Assembly (NCBI GenBank): GCA_963711095.1
Contig: CAVQCX010000010.1
Location: forward strand, 26,020 to 50,019
Direction of reading: 5' to 3'
Origin: an uncultured Gammaproteobacteria bacterium
Lineage (GTDB): Bacteria; Pseudomonadota; Gammaproteobacteria; Chromatiales; Chromatiaceae
DNA length: 24,000 nucleotides
In this document: positions 8,964 through 17,959 of the stretch, in pieces
How positions within the stretch are numbered: position 1 is the stretch's first letter
How the letters are laid out: the number at the start of each line of letters is the position of its first letter
The notes under the pieces: model-generated
Database searches by the model: none
Seen by the model: the letters and a program-made list of their open reading frames with translations, nothing else
Told to the model about the DNA's origin: nothing
Program-made: the position numbers and the translations under genes

Positions 8964-8969
8964 TAGAAT
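8964..8969 (+). promoter_or_regulatory. Candidate sigma-70 -10 hexamer (TAGAAT) upstream of hslV
   Basis: The context GGTAGAATG lies 30 nt upstream of the hslV GTG. The same 9-mer recurs upstream of ubiE at 11541..11549. No good -35 hexamer is present. Confidence 0.3.
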
Positions 8970-8998
8970 GCGTGGCGGCGCCGGTTTCGGGGGCTGAG

Positions 8999-9544
8999 GT
9001 GGAGAAGATCCGAGGTACGACCATTCTGTCGGTCAGGCGCGCTGGCCGCGTCGTGATTGGCGGCGACGGGCAGGTGTCCATGGGCAACACCGTCATGAAA
9101 GGCAACGCCCGCAAGGTGCGCCGGCTCTACAAGGAGCAGGTGATCGCCGGGTTCGCGGGCGCCACGGCGGACGCCTTCACGCTGTTCGAGCGCTTCGAGG
9201 CCAAGCTGGAGAAGCACCAAGGCCACCTCACCCGCTCAGCGGTGGAGCTGGCCAAGGACTGGCGCACCGACCGCATGCTGCGGCGCCTGGAGGCGCTGCT
9301 GTGCGTGGCCGACGCCAGGGCCTCGCTGATCATCTCCGGCACCGGCGACGTGATCGAGCCCGAGCACGCCATCATGGCCATCGGCTCCGGCGGGCCCTAT
9401 GCCCTGGCCGCCGCCCGGGCGATGCTCGACAATACCGAGCTGGGGGCTCGCGAGATCGTCGAGCGCGGCCTGGCGATCGCCGCCGATATCTGTGTCTTTA
9501 CCAACCATAACCGCGTCATCGAAGAGCTCGACGCTGCGGCCTGA
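8999..9544 (+). CDS. hslV: ATP-dependent protease subunit HslV
   Basis: This lies inside ORF 8615..9544. The conserved core is [71 protein letters not shown]...[15 protein letters not shown]. The only nearby in-frame start is GTG at 8999, giving MEKIRG before the catalytic Thr-Thr. G-rich SD-like sequence lies just upstream. Confidence 0.9.
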   Translation: MEKIRGTTILSVRRAGRVVIGGDGQVSMGNTVMKGNARKVRRLYKEQVIAGFAGATADAFTLFERFEAKLEKHQGHLTRSAVELAKDWRTDRMLRRLEALLCVADARASLIISGTGDVIEPEHAIMAIGSGGPYALAAARAMLDNTELGAREIVERGLAIAADICVFTNHNRVIEELDAAA

Positions 9545-9555
9545 GCTTCACCTCC

Positions 9556-10896
9556 ATGTCCGAGATCACCCCCCAGGAAATCGTCCGCGAGCTGGACAAG
9601 CACATCATCGGCCAGCAGGCGGCCAAGCGCGCCGTGGCGGTGGCGCTGCGCAACCGCTGGCGTCGCGCCAAGGTTGCCGGTGAGCTGCGCAACGAGATCA
9701 CGCCCAAGAACATCCTGATGATCGGCCCCACCGGGGTGGGTAAGACCGAGATCGCCCGGCGGCTCGCTAAGCTCGCCGACGCCCCCTTTCTCAAGGTGGA
9801 GGCGACCAAGTTCACCGAGGTCGGCTACGTCGGGCGCGATGTAGAGTCCATCATCCGCGACCTGGCGGACGTTGCGGTGGCGATGGTGCGCGAGCAGGAG
9901 ACCGAGAAGGTCCGCGACGCGGCGCGTGCCGCCGCCGAGGAGCGGGTGCTCGACGCGCTGCTGCCCACGCCCCGACCAACCAGTTTCGCCGAGGAGAGTC
10001 GCCCGAGCCTGCCGGGCCCGGGCTCTACCCGGGAGAAGCTTCGCGAGAAGCTGCGCGCCGGCGAGCTCGACGATCGGGAGATCGAGGTGGAGGTCAGCAC
10101 CCCCCATCCCGGGGTCGAGATTATGGCCCCCCCGGGGATGGAGGAGATGACCAGCCAGCTCCAGAGCCTGTTCCAGAACTTCGGTGGCGCGCGGGCGCGC
10201 CGGCGCAAGCTGCGCATCCGCGACGCCCTCAAGCTGCTGCAGGACGAGGAGGCCAGCAAGCGCATCAATCAGGAAGACCTCAAGATGCGGGCCCTGGAGG
10301 CCGTGGAGCAGCACGGCATCGTCTTTCTCGACGAGCTGGACAAGATCACCAGCCGCTCCGCTTACGGCGGCCCGGACGTCTCCCGCGAAGGCGTGCAGCG
10401 CGACCTGTTGCCGCTGGTGGAGGGCAGCACCGTGTCCACCAAGCACGGCATGGTCAAAACTGACCACATCCTGTTTATCGCCTCCGGGGCCTTCCACCTC
10501 TCCAAGCCATCCGACCTGATCCCGGAGCTGCAGGGGCGGCTACCCATCCGCGTCGAGCTGGAGCCCTTGAGCTCCGAGGATTTCACCCGAATCCTGGTCG
10601 AGCCGGACGCCTCGCTGACCACCCAGTACCAGGCGCTGCTGGCAACCGAGCAGGTGCAGCTGCGCTTTACCGACGACGGGATCCGGCGGGTGGCCGAGAT
10701 CGCCTGGCAGGTCAACGAGCGCACCGAGAACATCGGCGCAAGACGCCTGCACACGGTCATGGAACGGCTGCTGGAGGAGATCTCCTTCCAGGCAAACGCT
10801 CACGCCGGGGAGCAGGTGCTGATCGACGCAGCCTACGTCGACAGGCACTTGTCGGACCTGGCCTCCAACGAGGACCTCAGCCGATACATCCTTTAG
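9556..10896 (+). CDS. hslU: ATP-dependent protease ATPase subunit HslU
   Basis: This is ORF 9556..10896 (+), 446 aa. It reads [37 protein letters not shown]. It has Walker A ([17 protein letters not shown]) and Walker B ([11 protein letters not shown]), and a C-terminus NEDLSRYIL. Confidence 0.97.
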   Translation: MSEITPQEIVRELDKHIIGQQAAKRAVAVALRNRWRRAKVAGELRNEITPKNILMIGPTGVGKTEIARRLAKLADAPFLKVEATKFTEVGYVGRDVESIIRDLADVAVAMVREQETEKVRDAARAAAEERVLDALLPTPRPTSFAEESRPSLPGPGSTREKLREKLRAGELDDREIEVEVSTPHPGVEIMAPPGMEEMTSQLQSLFQNFGGARARRRKLRIRDALKLLQDEEASKRINQEDLKMRALEAVEQHGIVFLDELDKITSRSAYGGPDVSREGVQRDLLPLVEGSTVSTKHGMVKTDHILFIASGAFHLSKPSDLIPELQGRLPIRVELEPLSSEDFTRILVEPDASLTTQYQALLATEQVQLRFTDDGIRRVAEIAWQVNERTENIGARRLHTVMERLLEEISFQANAHAGEQVLIDAAYVDRHLSDLASNEDLSRYIL

Positions 10897-10900
10897 CGGT

Positions 10901-10926
10901 CTGTTGAAAACCCGGCTGGTCAACAG
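10901..10926. repeat. Palindrome CTGTTGA-N12-TCAACAG immediately after the hslU stop
   Basis: ctgttga at 10901..10907 and tcaacag at 10920..10926 are exact reverse complements. No U-tract follows, so this is not a canonical intrinsic terminator. A third copy of ttttcaacag sits at 11042..11051. Confidence 0.4.
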
Positions 10927-11114
10927 TCTGCGCTCGACACCGTGACCTGCCGCCATTCTCGATCGCGGTGGCCGGCGGAATAGACCGCAACCGCAGCTCG
11001 CGCTTTTCGGTTTCAATGTCGGAAAGGGATGTCCGGAGCCTTTTTCAACAGCCGGTCAAGCGGCACGCAGCCCCACCCCGCGGCCCTGGCTCAGCACAGC
11101 ATCGAGGTACACAG

Positions 11115-11483
11115 ATGTCCAAGCCCATGCCCACAGAGCTCAACCTGCATCGCCAGTCCCGCGTGCTGGAGATCTCTTTCGACGACGGGGCGCATTTCAA
11201 TCTGCCCTGCGAGTATCTGCGAGCGTTCTCGCCATCGGCGGAGGTGCAGGGGCACTCTCCCGATCAGCGCAAGCTGCAACTGGGCAAGGAGGACGTCAAC
11301 ATCGACCGCATCGAGCCCGTGGGCAACTATGCGGTGCTGCTGCACTTCGACGACGGCCACAACACCGGCATCTATTCCTGGGAGACGCTCTACAAGCTGG
11401 GCGTCGGCCAGAAGGCGAATTGGGAGCAATATCTGGCCGAGCTGCAGGCGGCGGGCCACCAGCGCAAGGAGCGTCCTTCCTGA
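11115..11483 (+). CDS. DUF971 domain protein (gamma-butyrobetaine hydroxylase-like N-terminal domain family)
   Basis: The start is the in-frame ATG at 11115 inside ORF 10968..11483, with GAGG 7 nt upstream. The sequence is MSKPMPTELNLHRQSRVLEISFDDGAHFNLPCEYLRAFSPSAEVQGH...IEPVGNYAVLLHFDDGHNTGIYSWETLYKLG, a characteristic DUF971 pattern. Confidence 0.8.
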   Translation: MSKPMPTELNLHRQSRVLEISFDDGAHFNLPCEYLRAFSPSAEVQGHSPDQRKLQLGKEDVNIDRIEPVGNYAVLLHFDDGHNTGIYSWETLYKLGVGQKANWEQYLAELQAAGHQRKERPS

Positions 11484-11542
11484 GCCGGGAAAGGGCTCGC
11501 GGCGGCGCGCTGTCCGCTTTCCATCCCCCCGCGCTTTGCAGG

Positions 11543-11548
11543 TAGAAT
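11543..11548 (+). promoter_or_regulatory. Candidate sigma-70 -10 hexamer (TAGAAT) upstream of ubiE
   Basis: The context GGTAGAATG at 11541..11549 lies about 100 nt upstream of the ubiE ATG. It is an AT-rich hexamer in otherwise GC-rich intergenic DNA. The -35 region is weak (TTTCCA with a 19-nt spacer). Confidence 0.3.
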
Positions 11549-11648
11549 GACCTCCGCGGACGCCGCGGATGTTGCGGCGCGATCGCGCTGCCCAGCGGCG
11601 GCGTCCGCGCTGGCCGCTCTCGATTCGACAGGTCCGGAGGTCCTCGGC

Positions 11649-12398
11649 ATGACCGACGAGCACAAGACCCACTTCGGATATCAGGAGGTCCCGGCACAGG
11701 ACAAAGCCGGTCGGGTCCGGGAGGTGTTCGACTCGGTGGCGGACCGCTACGACGTCATGAACGACCTGATGTCGTGCGGCATCCACCGTCTATGGAAGCG
11801 CTTTGCCGTGGAGCTTTCCGGGGTGCGGCGCGGCCAGCGGGTGTTGGACCTGGCAGCGGGCACCGGCGACCTGGCGGCCCGCTTTGCCGGCCTGGTCGGC
11901 CCCGAGGGCGAGGTGGTTCTTTCGGACATCAACGCGGCCATGCTTGGGCGCGGGCGCGGGCGCATGGCCGACAGTGGCCTGGTCGGCAACCTGCGCTACG
12001 TCCAGGCCGACGCCGAGCGGCTGCCCTTTCCCGCCGACTGCTTCGACTGTGTCTCGATCGGCTTCGGGCTGCGTAACCTCACCCATAAGGAGCAGGCCCT
12101 GCACGCCATCCACCGGGTGCTCAAGCCCGGCGGGCGGCTACTGGTGCTCGAGTTCTCGCAACCGCGCAGCGCCTTCTTGCGGGCGCTTTACGACCTCTAT
12201 TCCTTCCGGGTGCTGCCCCTGATGGGGCGGATGGTTGCCGGCGATGCTGCGAGCTATCAATATCTCGCCGAATCCATCCGGATGCACCCCGGCCAGGAAG
12301 AGCTCAAAGCGATGATGGAGGCGAGCGGCTTGGAGCGCTGCGATTACTTCAATCTCACGGGCGGCATCGTGGCCGTCCACCGCGGCTTCAAGCTCTGA
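11649..12398 (+). CDS. ubiE: Ubiquinone/menaquinone biosynthesis C-methyltransferase UbiE
   Basis: The start is the in-frame ATG at 11649 inside ORF 11547..12398, with GGAGG upstream. It reads [51 protein letters not shown]. The SAM motif is [11 protein letters not shown]. The C-terminus is [15 protein letters not shown]. Confidence 0.95.
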   Translation: MTDEHKTHFGYQEVPAQDKAGRVREVFDSVADRYDVMNDLMSCGIHRLWKRFAVELSGVRRGQRVLDLAAGTGDLAARFAGLVGPEGEVVLSDINAAMLGRGRGRMADSGLVGNLRYVQADAERLPFPADCFDCVSIGFGLRNLTHKEQALHAIHRVLKPGGRLLVLEFSQPRSAFLRALYDLYSFRVLPLMGRMVAGDAASYQYLAESIRMHPGQEELKAMMEASGLERCDYFNLTGGIVAVHRGFKL

Positions 12399-12403
12399 GC
12401 CCC

Positions 12404-13033
12404 ATGCGCCTGTCCGGTCTCGCCCTGGCCGGCCTGGAGGCAGCGCTCAATCGTTTGCTGGGTCTCGATCCCCAGGCGCGGCCGCAGCTGGCCAGCTTGC
12501 AGGGACGGGTAGTCGCGCTGGAGATCCTCGGCCTGAGCACGACCCTGTACCTGGCCCCGGGACCCGCCGGCGTCCAGCTGCTCTCGCGGCTCGAAGCGCC
12601 GGCGGATTGCACCATCTCCGGCACCCCGCTGGCACTGGCGCGTCTGGGGGCGAGTCGGAATCAGGCCGGAGAGCTGTTCACCGGCGGGGTGCAGCTGAGC
12701 GGCGACACCGAGCTCGGGCAGGCCTTCGGCAAGATCCTCGCGGACCTGGACATCGACTGGGAAGAGCAGCTCGCCAGGCTGAGCGGCGATGTCATCGCCC
12801 ATCAGCTGGGCCGGGGACTGCGCGGACTCCTAGGCTGGACGCGCCAGGTGCGGGACACGCTTGGCCAGGACATCCAGGAATACCTCCAGGAGGAGCTGCA
12901 GCTGCTGCCCGCCCGGGGCGAGGTGGAGCTGTTCCATGAGGCGGTGGATGTGCTGCGCGACGACGTGGAGCGACTCGAGGCCAGACTCGCCCGCCTGGAA
13001 GCTCAGGGCGCGCGCGCGCGCCGGGAAACCCCG
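12404..13033 (+). CDS. ubiJ: UbiJ-like (SCP2 domain) ubiquinone biosynthesis accessory module. In this sequence it has NO stop codon and runs in frame into ubiB.
   Basis: This is the first ~210 codons of ORF 12404..14701. It reads [41 protein letters not shown]...[37 protein letters not shown]...[21 protein letters not shown]. This matches the UbiJ/YigP layout and its position after ubiE. The end coordinate is a domain boundary placed at the candidate UbiB GTG, not a stop codon. Confidence 0.7.
13008..13021. repeat. (GC)7 dinucleotide tract at the ubiJ/ubiB junction
   Basis: The tract gcgcgcgcgcgcgc at 13008..13021 lies 13 nt upstream of the GTGA motif at 13034..13037. Confidence 0.95.
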
Positions 13034-14701
13034 GTGATCGGCCCGGCCCAGGCACTGCGGCTCATCCACATCAACTGGGTGCTGATGCGCCACGGGCTGG
13101 ACGAGGTGGTGTTGGCCACCCATCTGTTCCGGCCGGTGCGGTTTCTGAAGTATTTCTCCCCCTGGTACTGGCTTCGCGAGCCGGCCCCCTACGGGGTGCG
13201 TATCCGGCGCGCACTGGAGGACCTCGGCCCGCTGTTCGTTAAGTTCGGCCAGATCCTGTCCACCCGGCGGGACCTGCTGCCCGACGAGATCGCCAACGAG
13301 CTGGCCAAGCTCCAGGACCGCGTCCCACCGTTTCCGGGCGCGCAGGCGCGCGCGATCATCGAGAAAGCCTACGGCCGGCCGATCGAAGCCGTGCTCGAGG
13401 GCTTCGACGAGCGGCCCCTGGCCTCCGCCTCCATAGCGCAGGTCCACAGCGCGAGCCTGAAGGACGGCACCGCGGTGGTCGTCAAGGTGCTCAGGCCCGG
13501 CATCGAGAAGACCATCCGGCGCGATGTCGGGTTGCTGTTCACGATCGCCCACCTGGCCGAGCGCTACTGGAAAGAGGGCCGGCGACTGCGGCCCATGGAG
13601 GTGGTCCGCGAATACGAACAGACCATCCTGGACGAGCTGGACCTGATGCGGGAGGCTGCCAACGCCTCCCAGCTGAGGCGCAACTTCCTTGGCAGCCCCG
13701 CCCTGTACATCCCGGAGGTGTACTGGGACTACACACGCCCCTCCATGCTGGTGATGGAGCGTATCTCCGGGACGCCGGTCGGCGATGTCGCGGCCTTGCG
13801 GCGCCAAGGCATCAGCATGCGCATGTTGGGCGAGCGCGGCGTGGAGATCTTCTTCACCCAGGTGTTCCGGGACAATTTCTTCCATGCCGACATGCATCCG
13901 GGCAACATCTTCGTAGCCCCCGACGGTCAGTACATCGCCGTGGACTTCGGCATCATCGGCACCCTGATGCCAGAGGACCAGCGCTATCTCGCCGAGAATC
14001 TGCTCGCCTTCTTCAATCGGGACTACCGGCGCGTCGCCGAGCTGCACCTGGAGTCGGAATGGGTGCCGAAGGGCACGCGGGTCGATGAATTCGAGTCGGC
14101 GATCCGCACCGTCTGCGAGCCGATCTTCGAAAAGCCGATCAGCCAGATCTCCTTCGGTCACTTCCTGCTGCGGCTGTTCCAGACGGCGCGACGCTTCCAG
14201 ATGGAGGTGCAGCCCCAGTTGGTGCTGCTTCAGAAGACCCTGCTCAACATCGAAGGTCTGGGCCGCCAGCTCTATCCCGAGCTCGATCTGTGGAAGACCG
14301 CCAAGCCTTTCCTGGAACGCTGGATGAGCGAGCAGGTGGGCACCCGGGCCTTCGTCAAGCGGGTCCGCAGGACCCTGCCGCGACTCTCCGAGAGCATCCC
14401 GGAGATCCCTGAGCTGGCCCACCGGGTGCTCAGCGACGCGACGCGGGGGCGTCTGCAGGTCAGCTGGCAGCCGCAAGACCTGGCGCAGCTCCGTGCCGAG
14501 ATCCACCACAGCGGCCGCCGCACCGCATTGATGGTCGCCGGCGGCTCGTTGCTGATCAGCGGCGTGCTGCTGGTGACCCTGGGGCCCAGCACCGGCCTGC
14601 TGTCGGGCGCCCTGCCCGGCGGGCTGTTCAGCCTCGGCGTAGGCCTGGGCGGCGCGGGCCTCGCGGCACTCATCTTGCCCTGGCTCAACAAGGGTCTCTA
14701 G
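13034..14701 (+). CDS. ubiB: Ubiquinone biosynthesis regulatory protein kinase UbiB (ABC1/ADCK family). It is contiguous in frame with the UbiJ module.
   Basis: From GTG at 13034 the sequence reads [25 protein letters not shown]...[43 protein letters not shown]...[11 protein letters not shown]...DFGIIG, with two C-terminal TM helices. This gives 555 codons, close to the ~546 aa I recall for E. coli UbiB. Confidence 0.9.
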   Translation: MIGPAQALRLIHINWVLMRHGLDEVVLATHLFRPVRFLKYFSPWYWLREPAPYGVRIRRALEDLGPLFVKFGQILSTRRDLLPDEIANELAKLQDRVPPFPGAQARAIIEKAYGRPIEAVLEGFDERPLASASIAQVHSASLKDGTAVVVKVLRPGIEKTIRRDVGLLFTIAHLAERYWKEGRRLRPMEVVREYEQTILDELDLMREAANASQLRRNFLGSPALYIPEVYWDYTRPSMLVMERISGTPVGDVAALRRQGISMRMLGERGVEIFFTQVFRDNFFHADMHPGNIFVAPDGQYIAVDFGIIGTLMPEDQRYLAENLLAFFNRDYRRVAELHLESEWVPKGTRVDEFESAIRTVCEPIFEKPISQISFGHFLLRLFQTARRFQMEVQPQLVLLQKTLLNIEGLGRQLYPELDLWKTAKPFLERWMSEQVGTRAFVKRVRRTLPRLSESIPEIPELAHRVLSDATRGRLQVSWQPQDLAQLRAEIHHSGRRTALMVAGGSLLISGVLLVTLGPSTGLLSGALPGGLFSLGVGLGGAGLAALILPWLNKGL

Positions 14702-14719
14702 CAACAACAGCCGTGCGCC

Positions 14720-15271
14720 TCAGGGTCGGATCAGGCGCTCCTCGACTTCGCGACGGCGCTCGGAGCCTACGAGCAGGGCGATGAGCTCCAAGGCGAAGTC
14801 CATGGCCGTGCCGGGTCCGCGCGATGTGACGAGCTTGCCGTCCACGACCACCGGGGCGTCGCTCAGCTCGGTGCCCGGCAGGTCGAGTCCGGCCAGTGCA
14901 CCGGGGTAGCTCGTGGCCCTTCGGCCGGCCAGCAGCCCGGCGTGGCCGAGGACCTTGGGTGCAGCGCAGATAGCGGCGGTGAACGCCCCGCTCCGGGCGG
15001 CGCGCTGCAGCAGCGGGCCGATGCGCGGGTCGTCCCGAAGATGATCGGAGCCGGGCTGCCCACCGGGCAGCACCACCATGTCGAAGGCCTCCCCCAGCAC
15101 CTGCTCGAGGCTGGTGTCGGGGATCAGGCGCACGCCGCGGCTCGCGGTGACAGGCCGCGCATCGAGGCCCGCCGTCACGACCTCGATGCCGGCGCGGCGC
15201 AGTAGGTCAACGATGGTAACGGCTTCCAGCTCTTCGCAGCCTTGGGCCAGGGGTACCAGAACGCGTGGCAT
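14720..15271 (-). CDS. DJ-1/PfpI family protein (YajL/ThiJ-like)
   Basis: This is ORF 14720..15271 (-), 183 aa. It reads MPRVLVPLAQGCEELEAVTIVDLLRRAGIEV...MVVLPGG...FTAAICAAPKVL, which includes the nucleophile-elbow Cys, then ...VVDGKLVTSRGPGTAMDFAL. Confidence 0.9.
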   Translation of the reverse strand: MPRVLVPLAQGCEELEAVTIVDLLRRAGIEVVTAGLDARPVTASRGVRLIPDTSLEQVLGEAFDMVVLPGGQPGSDHLRDDPRIGPLLQRAARSGAFTAAICAAPKVLGHAGLLAGRRATSYPGALAGLDLPGTELSDAPVVVDGKLVTSRGPGTAMDFALELIALLVGSERRREVEERLIRP

Positions 15272-15342
15272 ATGTACTGCTCCAGTGAGGGCCAGAGCCG
15301 CGACGAGCCCGGTCAGGCAAGATCGGGGCCCGTCCGGGTCCG

Positions 15343-16691
15343 TCAGCCCTTAGACTTCAGCAAATAGAGTCCTTTGAGCAGATTCAACGCCTCGCTCAGC
15401 TGGTAGTCGGACTCGACCAGGGGCCGCTCGTCCTGCTCCTGGGGCGACTCCGTCGTAGCCCCCTTCCTGCCTTTGTTGCGCTTGGCATTCTCCAGATGGC
15501 GCGCCAGGTCGGCCTCTTTGAGCTGATCGACGCCGGGCGTCGCCGCTGCCGCGAGCTTGACCTCGGACAGCGTGATGTCCGGGACTATGCCCTCCGCTTG
15601 GATGGAGCGCCCGGACGGGGTGAAGTAGCGCGCCGTGGTCAGCTTCAACGCGGCGTTGTCGTTGACCGGAATGATGGTCTGAACCGAGCCCTTCCCGAAG
15701 GTCTGCTGCCCCATGATCACCGCCCGCTTATCGTCTTGCAGGGCGCCGGCGACGATCTCCGAGGCGGATGCGGAGCCGCCGTTGACCAACACGACCATCG
15801 GCGCGCCATCGAGGACATCGTCCGGAGCAGCCTTGAACTTGAGCTGCGAGTCCTCGACGCGCCCCTCGGTGTAGACGATGGTGCCTTCCGTGAGAAAGGC
15901 GTCGCTGACCGCCACCGCGGCGTTGAGGACGCCGCCCGGATTGTTGCGCAGATCGAGCACCAGCCCCTTGATCTTGTGGTCCGGTGCGCCTTTCTGCAGG
16001 TCACGGATCGCCGTGAGCATGTCTTCGGCGGTGCGGGCCTGAAAATGCGTGATGCGGACATAGCCGAAGCCATTCTCGAGCTGACGGTGCTTCACGCTGG
16101 CGACTTTGATGATGGCGCGCTCGAGGGTGACCTTGAACGGGGTATCTCTGCCCTCGCGCATGATGCTGAGGATCACCGCGGTGCCCGGCTTGCCACGCAT
16201 CAGGTTGACCGCCTCGTCCAGCGTGAGGCCCTTCACCGGCTTGTCGTCCAGGCGGATGATCAGGTCACCGGACTTGAGTCCGGCACGCTGGGCGGGCGTA
16301 TCGTCGATGGGAGAGATCACTTTGATGAAGCCATCTTCCATGCCCACCTCGATACCGAGCCCGCCGAACTCTCCGCTGGTACCGACCTGGAAGCTCCTTG
16401 AACTCGTCCCGGTCGAGATACGACGAATGCGGGTCGAGCCCCGAGACCATCCCGCGGATGGCATGCTCGATCAGCACCCGGTCGTCGACGGGCTCGACGT
16501 AGTCATTCTTGATGCGACCGAAGATCTCGGCAAAGGCCCGGAGACTCCTCGATCGGCAGCGCCTTTTCGGCCTTTTCGGCCTTTTTGGTGTTCGCGGGCT
16601 TTTCCGCGAGCGCGCTGCCGCCAGCGGCCAGCCCCGCCCCGAGGACCACACCCAGCACCCAGATCAATACCGAACGACTGTTGCACTTCAT
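15343..16691 (-). pseudogene. ctpA: S41 C-terminal processing peptidase (Ctp/CtpA-like) disrupted by two 1-nt frameshifts as given
   Basis: Three minus-strand ORFs in three frames together make one Ctp. ORF 16503..16691 gives the signal peptide plus MKCNSRSVLIWVLGVVLGAGLAAGGSALAEKPANTKKAEKAEKALPIEE. ORF 16265..16651 contains LRAFAEIFGRIKNDYVEPVDDRVLIEHAIRGMVSGLDPHSSYLDRDEFKEL. ORF 15343..16464 contains QVGTSGEFGGLGIEVGMEDGFIKVISPIDDTPAQRAGLKSGDLI (PDZ domain) ...LVLDLRNNPGGVL...GGSASASEIVAGALQD...TFGKGSVQ (Ser/Lys catalytic region). The frame changes are near 16544 (minus strand gaggag-t-ctccgg) and 16389/16390 (gagctt-c-caggtc). Confidence 0.85.
16562..16588. repeat. Three tandem copies of a 9-bp unit (ccttttcgg, ccttttcgg, cctttttgg) inside the ctp 5' region
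   Basis: The repeat is read directly from the sequence. On the coding (-) strand it encodes the KKAEKAEKA linker after the signal peptide. Confidence 0.9.
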
Positions 16692-16752
16692 GCTCTGTCT
16701 CGGGCCGCCGAGCCGGCACCAGGCACGACCGGGCGCTTTCCCGCCTCAGTGA

Positions 16753-17955
16753 TTATCCGATTTTGTGGTTGCGCACCGGCTTGCACCATGCCGCCGGATT
16801 TACGGCCTGCCCCTGATAGCGGATCCCGAAATACACCCCTGTTCGCGCCCGCCCGCCGCTGCTGCCGACCGAAGCAATCGGCTCTCCTGCCTCGACCCAC
16901 TCGCCGGTCTCCTTGAACAGACTCTGGTTGTGGCCGTAGAGCGTCATATAGCCGTCGCCATGATCGATGATGAGCAGCAGACCGAAGCCGCGGAGCCAAT
17001 CGGCGAAAGCCACGCGGCCGCGGTGCACCGCATGCACCTCTTCTCCTTCAGGGGCGGCGATCAACACGCCGTCCCAAAGCATGCCTCCCACACGCTTGGG
17101 CGTCCCGAAGCTGGCCGCCAGCCGGCCGTCGGCGGGCCAGGGGAGCTTGCCTTTGCGGGAGACGAAAGACGGACGGTCTGTCGTTTCTGCCGGGATGTCG
17201 ATCAGGGCATGCTGCAGGCGCTCGATGAGCCGCTGCAAGGACTCTTCATCCTTCTTGAGCCCGGCGAGCTCTGCCCCGTGGCTGGTGATCTCCTGGTTCA
17301 GCGACGCGAGCACCTGCTTGCGGGCCGCACGCGCCTGCTCCAGCGCCTGGCGCTGCTCGACGTCGCTGGCCTCGAGCCCGAGTACCTTGTCGCGCTCGGC
17401 ACGGATCGCCTCCTGCGTAGCGGAGAGCTGCGCCAGACTGCTGCGAACGGCCCTGACCTGCTCAGCACGCGCCCGGTTGCAGTAATCGTAATACACCATG
17501 ACCCGCGTGACCATCGCCGGATCCTGTTGGTTCAATAGGATCTTCAGTCGCTCCTGGCGGCCCATGGCATACGCCGCCCGAACCTGCCCGGCAAGGGTCG
17601 CGCGCTGGGTGTCGAGCTCGCGCTGCTCGCTCCGGCGCCGCTCTTCGAGCTCGGCGAGCTCTGCGCCGTGCCGCTCCAGGCGGCTGGCAAGCACGCGCAT
17701 CCGGCGGGTGATCTCACCGATGCTCTGCTCGGTCTCACGCAGGCTGTCGCTGAGATCGCGGCGTTGGTCCTGGGCCGTCCGAAGCTGGTCTTGCACCTCC
17801 CGGATGTGCGAGCGGACGTTCTCCAGCTCCTGCTCCCGGGCGCCGACGTCGCTGCCGGCCGCCGGACCCGCCAGAGGCAGCGCCGCCTCGCTCGGGCCAC
17901 ACAGCCATGGCGCCAACAACGCGATGCTCAACGCGACAATGCACAGGCGGGTCAT
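16753..17955 (-). CDS. envC: Murein hydrolase activator EnvC-like protein (coiled coil plus LytM/M23 domain)
   Basis: This is ORF 16753..17955 (-), 400 aa. It has a signal peptide (MTRLCIVALSIALLAPWLCGPSEA) and a long Q/E/R-rich coiled coil. The C-terminal M23 domain reads KGKLPWPADGRLAASFG...VHAVHRGRVAFADWLRGFGLLLIIDHGDGYMTLYGHNQSLFKETGEWVEAGEPIASVGSSGG. The position between gpmI and ctp matches known synteny. Confidence 0.9.
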   Translation of the reverse strand: MTRLCIVALSIALLAPWLCGPSEAALPLAGPAAGSDVGAREQELENVRSHIREVQDQLRTAQDQRRDLSDSLRETEQSIGEITRRMRVLASRLERHGAELAELEERRRSEQRELDTQRATLAGQVRAAYAMGRQERLKILLNQQDPAMVTRVMVYYDYCNRARAEQVRAVRSSLAQLSATQEAIRAERDKVLGLEASDVEQRQALEQARAARKQVLASLNQEITSHGAELAGLKKDEESLQRLIERLQHALIDIPAETTDRPSFVSRKGKLPWPADGRLAASFGTPKRVGGMLWDGVLIAAPEGEEVHAVHRGRVAFADWLRGFGLLLIIDHGDGYMTLYGHNQSLFKETGEWVEAGEPIASVGSSGGRARTGVYFGIRYQGQAVNPAAWCKPVRNHKIG

Positions 17956-17959
17956 CGGC

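Noticed and set aside
8999-9019. The six-residue N-terminal extension (MEKIRG) before the catalytic Thr of HslV as a possible novel propeptide
   Set aside because: Short extensions of this type, such as MEQFHG-TTIV in betaproteobacterial HslV as I recall, are already known and are removed to expose Thr. It is not unusual.
11547-11648. An upstream ATG at 11547 giving a 283-aa UbiE
   Set aside because: The extra 34 residues ([20 protein letters not shown]...) are not UbiE-like, and that ATG overlaps the candidate TAGAAT -10 element. UbiE homologues start close to the THFGY motif, which fits ATG 11649 with GGAGG upstream.
12830-14707. A 625-aa ORF antisense to ubiB, plus similar long ORFs at 2036..3475 (+), 3400..5190 (+), 18305..19750 (+), 21283..22500 (-), 9397..10497 (-) and 6779..7828 (-)
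   Set aside because: Each lies opposite a gene with a clear family identity. Their translations are Arg/Gly/Pro/Ala/His-rich low-complexity strings with no motif I recognise. Long stop-free antisense frames are expected in DNA this GC-rich.
14702-14719. A bidirectional terminator between convergent ubiB and the DJ-1 family gene
   Set aside because: The gap is only 18 nt (caacaacagccgtgcgcc), with no stem-loop or U-tract visible.
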